From assembly GCA_038258365.1 (NCBI GenBank), contig JBBSPW010000001.1:18660-82659 (forward strand): a stretch of 64,000 nucleotides of DNA, given 5' to 3'. A program made the position numbers and the translations under genes. This document shows positions 63,886-64,000 of this stretch, in pieces (position 1 is the stretch's first letter; every line of letters starts with the position of its first letter). Under the pieces are notes generated by a model. That model had not been told where the DNA came from. It did no database searches and worked only from the letters and a program-made list of their open reading frames with translations. This stretch comes from Burkholderiales bacterium. Lineage in GTDB: Bacteria; Pseudomonadota; Gammaproteobacteria; Burkholderiales; Burkholderiaceae_C.

Positions 63886-64000
63886 CGCCGACCCTCACGT
63901 TTGAAGCGATCGATGTCGGCATGGTCAAACGCAAGGCCCTGAAGCCGTTCTCTGATGGTTCGGATCGCCGCAAGGTGATCCTCTGCAGCCACGCGACGGG
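63882..64000 (-). CDS. Antitoxin (FitA/Arc-like), 3' part only
   Basis: Manual translation ...RRVAAEDHLAAIRTIRERLQGLAFDHADIDRFKREGRR*; its stop overlaps the vapC start. Confidence 0.75.
   Translation of the reverse strand, partial: RRVAAEDHLAAIRTIRERLQGLAFDHADIDRFKREGRR

Overview
High-GC (about 65-70%) betaproteobacterial chromosome segment, most likely Burkholderiales; the Rubrivivax/Ideonella-like assignment is inferred from protein style and gene order. About 90% is conserved housekeeping synteny, almost all on the minus strand. In transcription order it holds: rpsB-tsf-pyrH-frr-uppS-cdsA-dxr-rseP-bamA-skp-lpxD-fabZ; a DadA-like oxidoreductase plus nnr; rnr and tRNA-Leu(CAG); scpB-rluB-ndk-rlmN-pilW-rodZ-ispG-hisS-yfgM-bamB-der-hfq-hflX-hflK-hflC-DUF2065-hisZ-purA-PRTase; rluD/bamD; a YoaA/DinG helicase and a PP2C phosphatase; sucA-sucB-lpd-zapE; an orphan peptide-binding protein; and MFS-etfB-etfA-acyl-CoA dehydrogenase-NMO-like-lipoprotein-amidohydrolase. 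The only clearly accessory DNA is at the right end: a VapBC-type toxin-antitoxin pair directly upstream of a 1191-aa MmeI-like (Type IIL) restriction-modification fusion, whose target-recognition region has a visibly different base composition. The best candidates for undescribed biology are (i) this TA + mosaic RM islet, (ii) a 771-aa RluB with two large disordered arms and a three-times-repeated linear motif, (iii) a ~320-nt multi-hairpin leader upstream of scpB, and (iv) several smaller cis-elements: an rpsB leader, a sucA RNA motif, a FadP-like operator and ACAGT repeats after the tRNA. No CRISPR array, rRNA, integrase or transposase was seen. All calls come from motif recognition by eye; no database searches were run.
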